Below, piece by piece: positions 26,449-35,017 of a stretch of 61,993 nt of DNA (positions are counted from its first letter, which is position 1; the number at the start of each line of letters is the position of its first letter). The translations under genes and the position numbers were made by a program. The notes below the pieces were generated by a model. That model saw only the letters and a program-made list of their open reading frames with translations. It was not told where the DNA came from and searched no databases. Source of the DNA: an uncultured Caulobacteraceae bacterium (lineage in GTDB: Bacteria; Pseudomonadota; Alphaproteobacteria; Caulobacterales; Aquidulcibacteraceae); contig CAZMCA010000003.1 in assembly GCA_964564595.1 (NCBI GenBank), positions 1 through 61,993 on the forward strand, in the 5' to 3' direction.

Positions 26449-27828
26449 TCAGCCCTGCGCGGAAAGCAGCGCACGCGGCGCGTCCGGCTCGCCCTCAAGC
26501 GCAAATAGGGCGGCGATCACGCGCGCGCGCCGCTCAGCGCCCCAGGGATGACCGGCGCGATCGGCGCATTGGTGGAATTTATCGATCAACGCGTCGCGAC
26601 CCATCGGGTTGTTGGGATGCCCGAACGCATGCGCGATCTCCCGCTTCAGCACGCGGCCGTCGCGCAAGGTCGCCGCCAGCACCCCGCCTGCCGTCTTATC
26701 CGGCCCCCAATCGCTGCGCGGCGCAAAGCCTGTGCGCGCCGCGAGCGCCAACACCTTCGGCGCCGCGCGCGCTTGCGGGGAAAAACTGTCCAGCGTCACC
26801 GCACCATCGACGAACGCGGTCGCGACCGTGAAGGGCAGCGAAAATTTCGCGTCGATCGCGGTGGCGGGCGCACGCTTTTGCGCTTGGGGCTCGACGAGCA
26901 TCGTCAGCATCGGAATGCCGCCGAGATCGATGTGCTCGATATCCTCAGCCGCAACGCCCTCGCCGCGGAGCGCGAGCGCCGCTTCGATGAAAGCGTGCGT
27001 GCCCCGGCAGCTCGGCCAAAACTTGAAGCTGACGTCTTCGCCGAAAAATCGCGCGCCGAGATCGCCCGTGAGCACGGCCGCGTCATAGTCCCCCGCCGCA
27101 TAGAGCGCAAAGAACCCGGCCTTGCCTTCGAACGGCGCCTCAAACCCGCGCACGCCACGGCGCGCGAGATCGGCCGAGAGCACGCCCGCTTGCGCCGCGA
27201 ACCCATCGCGCACGGCGCGGATATGCGACTGCGCGCTGTACTTGATCTCGCCGCTGCACACCGTTTGGCAAAGCGTCAGCGAGAAGGCATCGATCACTTG
27301 CTCTATGCTCAGACCAAGGATGTTTGCGGCCGCCGCTGTCGCGCCAAACGCGCTGAACATTGGCGGCGGATACCAGCCGAAATTCTCCATCGGCGTCTTG
27401 AGGCAAAGGCCGATGCGGCACGCAAGATCGCATCCCACCGCGATCGCCGTGAGCAACGCGCGCCCATCAACGCCGCCGCGCATCTGCGCCGCTGCGAGCG
27501 CCGCTGGAATAACGGCCGCGTTCGGGTGCAGCGGCGCGCCATCGTATGCATCTTCAAAGTCGAGCGCGTGCGCCATCGCGCCGTTCGCAAGCGCGGCCAG
27601 CGAAGCTGGCGCGCGCTCGTCGTAGCCGATGATCGACGCATCGCCGCCGCCGGCTGCGCGCGCGAGATCGACGAACGCGCCGCACCCCTCGCCCATGCCG
27701 CTCGCGCCAAGCGTCACGCCCAGCGCATCAAGCAAGGACTTCTTGGCGGCCTCGATGGCGGCCTGCGGAATCTGCTCGTAGCGCGCGTTGGCGATGTGAT
27801 CGGCGAGAGTGCGCGACAGGTTCGGCAT
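26449..27828 (-). CDS. MmgE/PrpD family protein (2-methylcitrate dehydratase superfamily)
   Basis: About 459 aa. N-terminal 'LADHIANARYEQIPQAAIEAAKKSLLDALGVTLGAS' is typical of the PrpD family. AAGGAG SD before the ATG at 27828. Confidence 0.8.
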   Translation of the reverse strand: MPNLSRTLADHIANARYEQIPQAAIEAAKKSLLDALGVTLGASGMGEGCGAFVDLARAAGGGDASIIGYDERAPASLAALANGAMAHALDFEDAYDGAPLHPNAAVIPAALAAAQMRGGVDGRALLTAIAVGCDLACRIGLCLKTPMENFGWYPPPMFSAFGATAAAANILGLSIEQVIDAFSLTLCQTVCSGEIKYSAQSHIRAVRDGFAAQAGVLSADLARRGVRGFEAPFEGKAGFFALYAAGDYDAAVLTGDLGARFFGEDVSFKFWPSCRGTHAFIEAALALRGEGVAAEDIEHIDLGGIPMLTMLVEPQAQKRAPATAIDAKFSLPFTVATAFVDGAVTLDSFSPQARAAPKVLALAARTGFAPRSDWGPDKTAGGVLAATLRDGRVLKREIAHAFGHPNNPMGRDALIDKFHQCADRAGHPWGAERRARVIAALFALEGEPDAPRALLSAQG

Positions 27829-27848
27829 GAACGCTCCTTGCGCTGACA

Positions 27849-27869
27849 ATAGTTTGTTGTACGTACTAT
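27849..27869. promoter_or_regulatory. AT-rich dyad family, site 3 (ATAGTTTGTTGTACGTACTAT), in the 45-nt PrpD/CapA divergent region
   Basis: ATAGT-N11-ACTAT dyad containing the perfect palindrome GTACGTAC. It matches the reverse complement of site 2 at 16 of 21 positions. Confidence 0.5.
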
Positions 27870-27873
27870 TTCA

Positions 27874-28989
27874 ATGTCCGTGACGCTCCTTGCCGTTGGC
27901 GATGTCGGTATTTGCCGCGCCAAACCGGAAACCATGCTCGCCGGCGTGCGCAATACGTTGCGCGGCGGCGACATCGTGTTTGGCCAATTGGAGACAACCG
28001 TTTCCGAGCGCGGCGCGCGCGCGCCGCACGCAAAGCTCGCGATGCGCTCACCGCCTGCGATGCTGGGCGTATGTGCGGACGCAGGATTCGGCGTGATGTC
28101 GTTCGCCGGCAATCATTGCATGGATTGGGGGCGCGAAGCGTTCGCCGATACGTTCGCGCATGCGCGCGAAGCGGGCGTTGCGCTCTGCGGCGCGGGTGAA
28201 ACGCTCACGCAGGCGCGCACGCCGGTGGTCGTCGCAAAGCGCGGCGTGCGTGTGGCGTTCGTCGCGGTGAGCTCGATCTTGCCAGACGGGTATTGGGCTG
28301 AACCCGAGCGGCCCGGCTGCGCCCCGATGCGCGCGTTCACGCATTACGAAATGATCGAGCACGATCAGCCCGGCACGCCGCCGCGCATTCATACCACGCC
28401 GCATCCGGGCGATCTGAAGCGCATGTGCGAAGACATCGGGGCGGCGCGGGCGCTTGCCGATGTGGTCGTGCTCTCGATTCATTGGGGCATTCACCTCGTG
28501 CCCGCTGAGATCGCCGCGTATCAATATGAGGTTGGTCGCGCCGCAATCGACGCCGGCGCCGATCTCGTGCTTGGGCATCATCCGCACATTTTGAAGGGCG
28601 TGTCGTTTCATCGCGGCAAACCGATCTTCTTCAGCATGGGCAATTTTGCGATTGAGCAGCCACAGGCGTGGGATCCTGGAATTTTGCAGCACCATTCATT
28701 CAAGCAGCTGATGGCGCTCAATCCGGATTTCGATTTGGAGAGCGCGTATCTGTTGCCGCCTGACACGCGCCACACGCTGATCGTGCGTGCGGAGCTGAGC
28801 GCGGGCGGCGTTGCGGGCCTGTCGTTCCTGCCGTGCTGGATCAACGATCGCTCCGAGCCGCAGCGCCTTGAACCGGACGATCCGAAGTTCGCAGCAGTCG
28901 TCGCTTACATGCGCGCGATCACGGAGAGCCAGGGGCTCAACGCGCGTTACGTGGTTGAGGGCGATGCCGTGAGGGTCGTCCCGCTTTAG
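27874..28989 (+). CDS. CapA family protein (PGA_cap metallophosphatase-like)
   Basis: 'LLAVGDV', 'FGQLET', 'MSFAGNHCMD', 'SIHWGIH' and 'DLVLGHHPHILKG' are metallophosphatase/CapA-type motifs. There is no SD and only 4 nt between an AT-rich dyad and the ATG, so the mRNA may be leaderless. Confidence 0.8.
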   Translation: MSVTLLAVGDVGICRAKPETMLAGVRNTLRGGDIVFGQLETTVSERGARAPHAKLAMRSPPAMLGVCADAGFGVMSFAGNHCMDWGREAFADTFAHAREAGVALCGAGETLTQARTPVVVAKRGVRVAFVAVSSILPDGYWAEPERPGCAPMRAFTHYEMIEHDQPGTPPRIHTTPHPGDLKRMCEDIGAARALADVVVLSIHWGIHLVPAEIAAYQYEVGRAAIDAGADLVLGHHPHILKGVSFHRGKPIFFSMGNFAIEQPQAWDPGILQHHSFKQLMALNPDFDLESAYLLPPDTRHTLIVRAELSAGGVAGLSFLPCWINDRSEPQRLEPDDPKFAAVVAYMRAITESQGLNARYVVEGDAVRVVPL

Positions 28990-31900
28990 TGGAAGTTGCG
29001 CCCGCCCGGCATGGCGACCTCGATCCGCTGCGCCACCTCTTCACGCACGCGCGAGCCCTGGGCGCCGCGTTTGCCTTCGTCGATCTTGCTCGGCGGCTCC
29101 AGCGCGTCGCCGCCGGTGGCGAGAAGGCGCAGCAGCCGTGTCTCGTCGCGCACGCGTTCGGCCACGACGTGCACGACGCCGCTCTGGTTCTGCACCCGCC
29201 CTTCGACCACAGCGAAGCGCGAGCCAAGGACTTCGGCGCGGAATTTCTCAAACACGTTGGGCCAGACGATCGTATTGGCGATGTAGGTTTCGTCCTCCAG
29301 CGTCATAAAGATGACACCCTTAGCGGTGCCTGGGCGCTGGCGCACCAGCACGAGGCCGCCAACACGCACGAACGCGCCGTCCGGCGTCGTTGCAAGATCT
29401 TCTGCGCGCAGGATGCGGCGCGCATCGAGTTCAGGACGCAGCAACTTCGCCGGATGCGCTTTGAGCGAGAGCGACAGGCTCGCATAATCTTCGACAATGT
29501 GTTCGCCGATCGGCATGCGCGGCAGATTGTAATCGGCCTCGCGTGTCGGATCGAATTGCGGCGCGAACAGCGGCAGATTCTCCTGCCCGCCGACACGCCC
29601 TAGCCCGCGCGCGGCCCAGAGCGCGGCGCGCCGGTCGAGCCCGAGCGAACGGAACGCATCGGCGTTCGCCAACGTCTCGATCGCGGCAGGCGATATGCCG
29701 CCGCGCAGCCACAGATCGCGCACCGAATCGTAGCCCGCGCCGCGGTTGGCGACGAGCTGACGCATCTCTTCTTCACGCAGCCCCTTGGCTTGCCGAAACC
29801 CAAGCCGCAGTGCGGCAGTGGTGCGGATATCGCCGCGCATATCGGCGTGACGTTTGTGCAGATGCGCCGCGGCGGCCTGCCCATCGTCTTCCAACGTGCA
29901 GTCCCAGTCCGAGCGGTTCACATCGACCTCGCGCACCGCGACGCCGTGGTCTTGCGCGTCGCGCACGATCTGCGCGGGCGCATAAAAGCCCATCGGTTGC
30001 GCGTTGATGAGCGCTGCGGCGAACACGTCCGGGTAATGGCATTTGAGCCAGGACGAGACGTAAACCAGAATGGCGAAGCTCGCGGCGTGGCTTTCGGGAA
30101 AGCCGTATTCGCCGAAGCCTTCGATCTGGCTGAAGCTGCGTTCGGCGAAGTCGCGTTCGTAGCCGTTGGCGATCATGCCGTTGATGAACTTGTCTTTGAG
30201 CAGCCCGATCGTGCCGACGCGCCGGAACGTCGCCATCGCGCGGCGGAGCTTATCGGCTTCTGGCGCGGAAAAGCCGGCGGCGACGATGGCGATCTGCATC
30301 GCCTGTTCCTGAAAAAGCGGCACGCCGAGCGTGCGCTGCAGCACCCGCTCCAACTCCTTGCTGGGATAAGTGACCTTTTCGATCCCCTGCTTGCGCTTGA
30401 GATAAGGATGCACCATCCCGCCCTGGATAGGCCCGGGGCGCACGATCGCGACTTCGATCACGAGATCGTAGAATTTTTCCGGCCGCAGGCGCGGCAACAT
30501 CGACATTTGCGCCCGGCTCTCGACCTGGAAGACGCCAAGCGAATCCGCGCGCTTCAGCATTTCATAGACGCGGTCTTCCGTAGGCGGGAGCGCGGCGATC
30601 GAGAGCGGTTTTTCGTTCGGGTAATGCGCGGCCACCAGATCGAACGCCTTGCGGATGCAGGTGAGCATCCCAAGCCCAAGAAGATCGACCTTCAAAATCC
30701 CGAGCGCTTCCAGATCGTCCTTATTCCACTCGACGACGGTGCGATCCTCCATCGCGGCGTTCTGGATCGGCACGACATCGTCCAGCCGCTCGCGCGTGAT
30801 GACGAAGCCGCCGACATGCTGGGAGAGATGGCGCGGAAAGCCCTGCAACTCGCCCGCCAACGAAAGACACGCCATCAACTTGCGGTCCGTCACGTCGAGG
30901 CCGATCTCGGTGAGGTCTTTTTCGGTGACGTCCTTCGTCCACCAATGAAACAGCTTCGAGAGCGATCCGATGCGATCCTCCGAATAGCCGAACACTTTGG
31001 CGACCTCGCGGATCGCGCTGCGTCCGCGATAGCAGATCAGCGTCGCGGCGAGCCCCGCGCGGTGGCGGCCATAGGTGTGATAGACATACTGGATCGCCTC
31101 CTCGCGCCGCTCATGCTCGAAATCGACGTCGATATCCGGCGGCTCGTTGCGCTCGACTGAAAGAAAGCGCTCGAACAGAAGATCGTTCACCGCCGGATCG
31201 ACGGCGGTGACACCAAGGCAGTAGCAAATCGTTGAGTTCGCCGCTGAACCGCGTCCTTGGCAAAGGATCGGCGGCACATCCTTCCCGTCAATGGTTTTGC
31301 CAGATCGCGCGAAGCACACGATGTCATGCACGGTCAGGAAGTACGGCGCGTATTTGAGCTCGGCGACGATGCCGAGTTCATGCACGATCGCGGCGCGCAC
31401 TTTTTCGGGCACGCCCTCAGGATAGCGCTCGGCGGCGCCTTTCCAGGTGAACGCTTCGAGCGCTTCCTGCGGCGAGGCGTAGCCCGCTTTGGTTTCCTCC
31501 GGATATTCGTAGCGCAATTCGTCCATCGAGAAATTGAGCCCGTCGAGGAAGCGCATCGTTTCGCTGACGGCTTCCGGCGCGTCGCGGAACAGGCGCGCGA
31601 TTTCTTGCGGCGTTTTGAGGTGGCGCTCGGCGTTCGCCTCCAAAAGACGCCCAGCCGCGTCGAGCGTGGTTTTCTCGCGTATGCAGGTGACGACATCCAG
31701 TAACGGTTTGCGCTCAGGCGCGTGGATGAGCGGCGCGGTGGTGGCGATCAGGCGTGCGCCAGAAGCGGCGGCGATCTCCCCGAGCGCGCGGCGGCGGCGC
31801 GCATCAGCGCCGTCATACACGACGGGCGCGGCGAGCCAGGCGGCGCCCGCGCGCGCGGCGATCTCCTGCAGTAACGCGGCAAGCGCCGCCGTTTCTTCAC

Positions 31901-32279
31901 CGGCCGCGACGATGGCTTGCATGCCCTCTGCATGCGCCAGGAAATCTTCGCGTGTGAGATGGCACTGCCCTTTTGGCGCGCGGCGATTGCCAAGCGTGAG
32001 CAGCCGGCACATCCGGGCATAAGCAGCGCGATCTTTTGGGTAGGTCAAAATGTCCGGCGTTCCGTCCGTGAAAACGAGGCGCGTGCCGATCGCGAGGCGC
32101 AGCTTCTGCTCTTTCGCCATGACATGCGCGCGCACCACGCCCGCGAGCGTACAGCGATCGGCCACGCCAACGCCCGCAAGCCCGAGGCGTTTTGCTTCGG
32201 CCACCATCTCATCCGGGTGCGAAGCGCCCCGCAGGAACGAGAAATTGGTTGTGAGCGCGAGTTCCGCGAAAGCCGTCAT
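28986..32279 (-). CDS. dnaE2: error-prone DNA polymerase (DnaE2 / ImuC)
   Basis: 1097 aa. N-terminal PHP domain 'FAELALTTNFSFLRGASHPDE', Pol III alpha core and C-terminal '...GGRNFH'. Lies directly downstream of imuA and imuB. Confidence 0.95.
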   Translation of the reverse strand: MTAFAELALTTNFSFLRGASHPDEMVAEAKRLGLAGVGVADRCTLAGVVRAHVMAKEQKLRLAIGTRLVFTDGTPDILTYPKDRAAYARMCRLLTLGNRRAPKGQCHLTREDFLAHAEGMQAIVAAGEETAALAALLQEIAARAGAAWLAAPVVYDGADARRRRALGEIAAASGARLIATTAPLIHAPERKPLLDVVTCIREKTTLDAAGRLLEANAERHLKTPQEIARLFRDAPEAVSETMRFLDGLNFSMDELRYEYPEETKAGYASPQEALEAFTWKGAAERYPEGVPEKVRAAIVHELGIVAELKYAPYFLTVHDIVCFARSGKTIDGKDVPPILCQGRGSAANSTICYCLGVTAVDPAVNDLLFERFLSVERNEPPDIDVDFEHERREEAIQYVYHTYGRHRAGLAATLICYRGRSAIREVAKVFGYSEDRIGSLSKLFHWWTKDVTEKDLTEIGLDVTDRKLMACLSLAGELQGFPRHLSQHVGGFVITRERLDDVVPIQNAAMEDRTVVEWNKDDLEALGILKVDLLGLGMLTCIRKAFDLVAAHYPNEKPLSIAALPPTEDRVYEMLKRADSLGVFQVESRAQMSMLPRLRPEKFYDLVIEVAIVRPGPIQGGMVHPYLKRKQGIEKVTYPSKELERVLQRTLGVPLFQEQAMQIAIVAAGFSAPEADKLRRAMATFRRVGTIGLLKDKFINGMIANGYERDFAERSFSQIEGFGEYGFPESHAASFAILVYVSSWLKCHYPDVFAAALINAQPMGFYAPAQIVRDAQDHGVAVREVDVNRSDWDCTLEDDGQAAAAHLHKRHADMRGDIRTTAALRLGFRQAKGLREEEMRQLVANRGAGYDSVRDLWLRGGISPAAIETLANADAFRSLGLDRRAALWAARGLGRVGGQENLPLFAPQFDPTREADYNLPRMPIGEHIVEDYASLSLSLKAHPAKLLRPELDARRILRAEDLATTPDGAFVRVGGLVLVRQRPGTAKGVIFMTLEDETYIANTIVWPNVFEKFRAEVLGSRFAVVEGRVQNQSGVVHVVAERVRDETRLLRLLATGGDALEPPSKIDEGKRGAQGSRVREEVAQRIEVAMPGGRNFH

Positions 32280-32285
32280 GCGCCG

Positions 32286-33821
32286 CTACCCGAAGAAACC
32301 GTGCACGAACCAAGCCGGCGTTGGCGTTTCGCGCGCATAGAGCCCTTCGCGAAAAATCCAGAACCGCGCGCCCGCTGCATCCTCGACGTGGAAATAGTCC
32401 CGCGTCAGCGCCTCGCGCTCCCACCAATCGGGCGCGATCCGCTCGGGCCCTTCGGCGCGCGCGACTTCATGCTGTACGCGCCGCCAACGAAAGCGCCGTG
32501 GTGGGCCATCTGGCGTTGCGGCCAGCGTTTCGATCGGCTCGGGGCGCGCGAGCAGTTTGAGCGGGCGGGGCCGCGCGGGCGGGCGATGCACTGCCGGCGC
32601 ATCTGTGAGCGCGGGCGCGCTCGTGGCGGCCCGCTCTGGCCAATGATCATCGGCGCACGCCAAGCGGCGCACGTTCACCGCGCCAAGACGCGCGCTCAGC
32701 GCATCGATGAGGCGCGCATCGCCTGCGTCGCCATCGTCTTCGCGAAGGCGCCCAGTCTCCAACACGTCGAGCCGGATGGCTTCGACGCCGAACTCGAAGG
32801 TGCGGTCATCCTCGGCAGCGTTGAGCTGCTCGCGGAACGCGCGCAGCAGCGCTTTCACTTGGGTCTCTGGGCGGCTGAAACCGGCTTCAAGACGGCGGCG
32901 CCCGCCAGAAACGGCGAACAGATTGAGCGCCAAGCGCCGCGCGCCAACGCCCCGCAGATCGAGCCCCGCGACAACCTCTTCAGCAGCGTCAGCGGCGGCG
33001 ATCATCAGCGCATCGGCATGAAAGAGCGGCTCGAGAAAACGGCGCAGCGCGAACAGATCCGGCGGGGGGCGGCGATAGACGAGCGCGGGCGGCGCGCGCC
33101 CGAGCGCTTCATCGAGCAGGCGCTGCGCATCCTCCCCCGCGCGCGCGGCGAACGGCGCGCGCGGCCGCGCGATCAGCGCGCCGATATGCGTCAGCCCAAG
33201 CTTGTTCAAAAGCGCCTCAGCTGGCGGCGAAAGCCGCAGCGCCGCGATCGGCAGGGGCGCGAGATGTTCCCCCGTTTCCCCGGGCGGCGCGACAGGCCCG
33301 CGTGCAAAGCGCGCCAGCGCCCACGCTGCGCCAGGCGTATCGGCAAGCGCGACGCGCACAGAAAAACCGCCCGCTGCAATGCGGCGGGTGATGTCTTCCC
33401 GGAGCGCGGATTCGCCACCGAAGAGATGCGCCGTCGCGCCGATCTCAAGAAAAACGCCATCGGGCGGCGCAAGCACGATCGCGGGCGACCAGCGTTCGCA
33501 AAACGCGGCGAGCCGATCGAGCAGCGCGCCATCGGCGAGTGGATCGGCCTCGATTGCGACAAGGCCTGGGCGGATCGCGCGCGCGTCCGCGAGCGTCATC
33601 CCCGCAGTGAGGCCGTTCTCCCGCGCGCGCGCATCGACCGCGTCGAGCACGAACGCCGCGCCTGCGCGCGTGTAGGTGGCGAGCCCCTCATCCGACGGCG
33701 CGGCGCGGCCAGTTTTGATCAGCCGGTCCGTCGCCAAGCGCCGGAGCCAGATCGCCGCCCAACGCTTCGTTGGCGTTGGTGTTTGCGGCGCGTCGCGATT
33801 GCGCGATGCGGAAACCGTCAT
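32286..33821 (-). CDS. imuB: ImuB, Y-family DNA polymerase-like protein of the SOS mutagenesis cassette
   Basis: N-terminal 'RWAAIWLRRLATDRL' is typical of ImuB. Positioned between imuA and dnaE2. The ATG at 33821 is preceded by GGAGTGGAG. It overlaps the imuA 3' end by 134 nt. Confidence 0.85.
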   Translation of the reverse strand: MTVSASRNRDAPQTPTPTKRWAAIWLRRLATDRLIKTGRAAPSDEGLATYTRAGAAFVLDAVDARARENGLTAGMTLADARAIRPGLVAIEADPLADGALLDRLAAFCERWSPAIVLAPPDGVFLEIGATAHLFGGESALREDITRRIAAGGFSVRVALADTPGAAWALARFARGPVAPPGETGEHLAPLPIAALRLSPPAEALLNKLGLTHIGALIARPRAPFAARAGEDAQRLLDEALGRAPPALVYRRPPPDLFALRRFLEPLFHADALMIAAADAAEEVVAGLDLRGVGARRLALNLFAVSGGRRRLEAGFSRPETQVKALLRAFREQLNAAEDDRTFEFGVEAIRLDVLETGRLREDDGDAGDARLIDALSARLGAVNVRRLACADDHWPERAATSAPALTDAPAVHRPPARPRPLKLLARPEPIETLAATPDGPPRRFRWRRVQHEVARAEGPERIAPDWWEREALTRDYFHVEDAAGARFWIFREGLYARETPTPAWFVHGFFG

Positions 33822-34488
33822 CACTCCACTCCAGATCAAGCGTGCGCGGGCGCACGCCGCCGCGGTGGCGCATCAGCTCTGCCGTAAGCGCAGGCGCGCC
33901 GATCTCGTCGCGATGCAGCGTGCGCGATGGCGCAGGCGCGATGCGCCAGCGCGTCCATGCCGAACTCGTGGGCGCGGCGCGCATGAACTCTGGCCGCCCG
34001 CAATCGCCGCGCAGAAGGAGCGCGGATGCGCCGTGCGCTTCGGCGACGAGGCTGAGGCGGCGCGTGGCGGTGAGATCGATCGGCTTGCCGCGCGCGCCCA
34101 GCTCTAAAAGCACGCGTGCGCCGGGGCGCTTGAGGGCCTCTTCGGCCGCCCAAAGCGCCTCCACGCGCTTCTGCGCGCGAACCAGCAGAACGCTGGCCGG
34201 ATCCGCGAGCGCCGAAAGGCCCGGCGCGTAAAGCTCTCCATGCTCGGCGCTGGCGGCAGCTTCCCGCACCCACACCGTCTGGCCCGCCGGGACGGAAGCG
34301 CCGAGGAGAAACAGGAGCGCCGCCCCCTCCCCGCCCCAAGCAGGGAACGCCTCGTGCACACGCCCCGCAGAAAGCCGGGGCAACGCTGCCCCCACGTTAA
34401 AAACCCCTGAAAAATCCTCCGCTTCCGGGCACGAAGCCCGAACAGCGGAGGCCGCCGCGAACGGCAAGGAGGGCAGGGAGGCCGACAT
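33688..34488 (-). CDS. imuA: ImuA, RecA/SulA-like SOS mutagenesis protein
   Basis: 266 aa, first gene of the imuA-imuB-dnaE2 order. 'LSAGRVHEAFPA...GAALLFLLG' resembles the degenerate P-loop region of ImuA. An SOS box lies directly upstream. Confidence 0.75.
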   Translation of the reverse strand: MSASLPSLPFAAASAVRASCPEAEDFSGVFNVGAALPRLSAGRVHEAFPAWGGEGAALLFLLGASVPAGQTVWVREAAASAEHGELYAPGLSALADPASVLLVRAQKRVEALWAAEEALKRPGARVLLELGARGKPIDLTATRRLSLVAEAHGASALLLRGDCGRPEFMRAAPTSSAWTRWRIAPAPSRTLHRDEIGAPALTAELMRHRGGVRPRTLDLEWSDDGFRIAQSRRAANTNANEALGGDLAPALGDGPADQNWPRRAVG

Positions 34489-34489
34489 T

Positions 34490-34504
34490 GTTCTAGTTTT
34501 GTTC
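34490..34504 (-). promoter_or_regulatory. alphaproteobacterial-type LexA (SOS) box GTTC-N7-GTTC (GAAC-N7-GAAC on the imuA strand)
   Basis: Exact 'GTTCTAGTTTTGTTC', 2 nt upstream of the imuA ATG, in front of a cassette known to be LexA-regulated. Confidence 0.8.
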
Positions 34505-34519
34505 TATACGGATGTAAAG

Positions 34520-35017
34520 TCAATCCGTTTCCGAATTGTTCCTTTCCGGCGATTTCGGCTTTGTCAGCCGCTTCACGAACCAATCCTCCACCGGCTGGCC
34601 GAGCACCAGGATCGCGAGCGTGAGCGCCACAGCCCAAACGACGAGCGCCCATTCCCCGAGCCCGCACGCAATGCCGACAGCGGCGGTCACCCACACGGTT
34701 GCGGCGGTCGTGAGGTTCTTGACGTCGTTGTTGTCGGCGCGGCGCACGATCACGCCCGCGCCCAAAAACCCAACGCCGGTGAGCACGCCCTGCAGCACGC
34801 CCTGGACAACACGGCTGCGCGCATCGGGATGCGGCCCGATGAGCGGATCGCCAATCGCCGCGAGCGCGACGATGGCGGCGCCCACAGAGACAAGCCCAAG
34901 CGTGCGCGCGCCCATCGCTTTACCGGCGATGTCACGGTTGAGGCCGATCACCATGCCGGCGATTGCGGCGGCCGCGAGCCGCAAGCCTGGCTCAGCGAAC
35001 GCCGCGAACGCGTCCAT
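34520..35017 (-). CDS. MgtC/SapB family membrane protein
   Basis: 'AIAGMVIGLNRDIAGKAMGARTLGLVSVGAA' and 4-5 hydrophobic helices. The start ATG overlaps the upstream stop (ATGA). The track start at 35128 is an over-extension. Confidence 0.8.
   Translation of the reverse strand: MDAFAAFAEPGLRLAAAAIAGMVIGLNRDIAGKAMGARTLGLVSVGAAIVALAAIGDPLIGPHPDARSRVVQGVLQGVLTGVGFLGAGVIVRRADNNDVKNLTTAATVWVTAAVGIACGLGEWALVVWAVALTLAILVLGQPVEDWFVKRLTKPKSPERNNSETD

Noticed and set aside
23987-26551. 854-aa plus-strand ORF opposite the TonB-dependent receptor at 24098-26248
   Set aside because: Same reasoning. The minus-strand product has a signal peptide, a plug domain and a beta-barrel terminus. The plus-strand product is Arg-rich nonsense.
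31917-33887. 656-aa plus-strand ORF opposite imuB and the dnaE2 5' end; also 13982-15322, 7781-9361, 10729-12012, 28989-31160 and similar
   Set aside because: These are all antisense shadow ORFs with Arg/Ala/Pro-rich composition. Each overlaps a confidently identified gene on the other strand.
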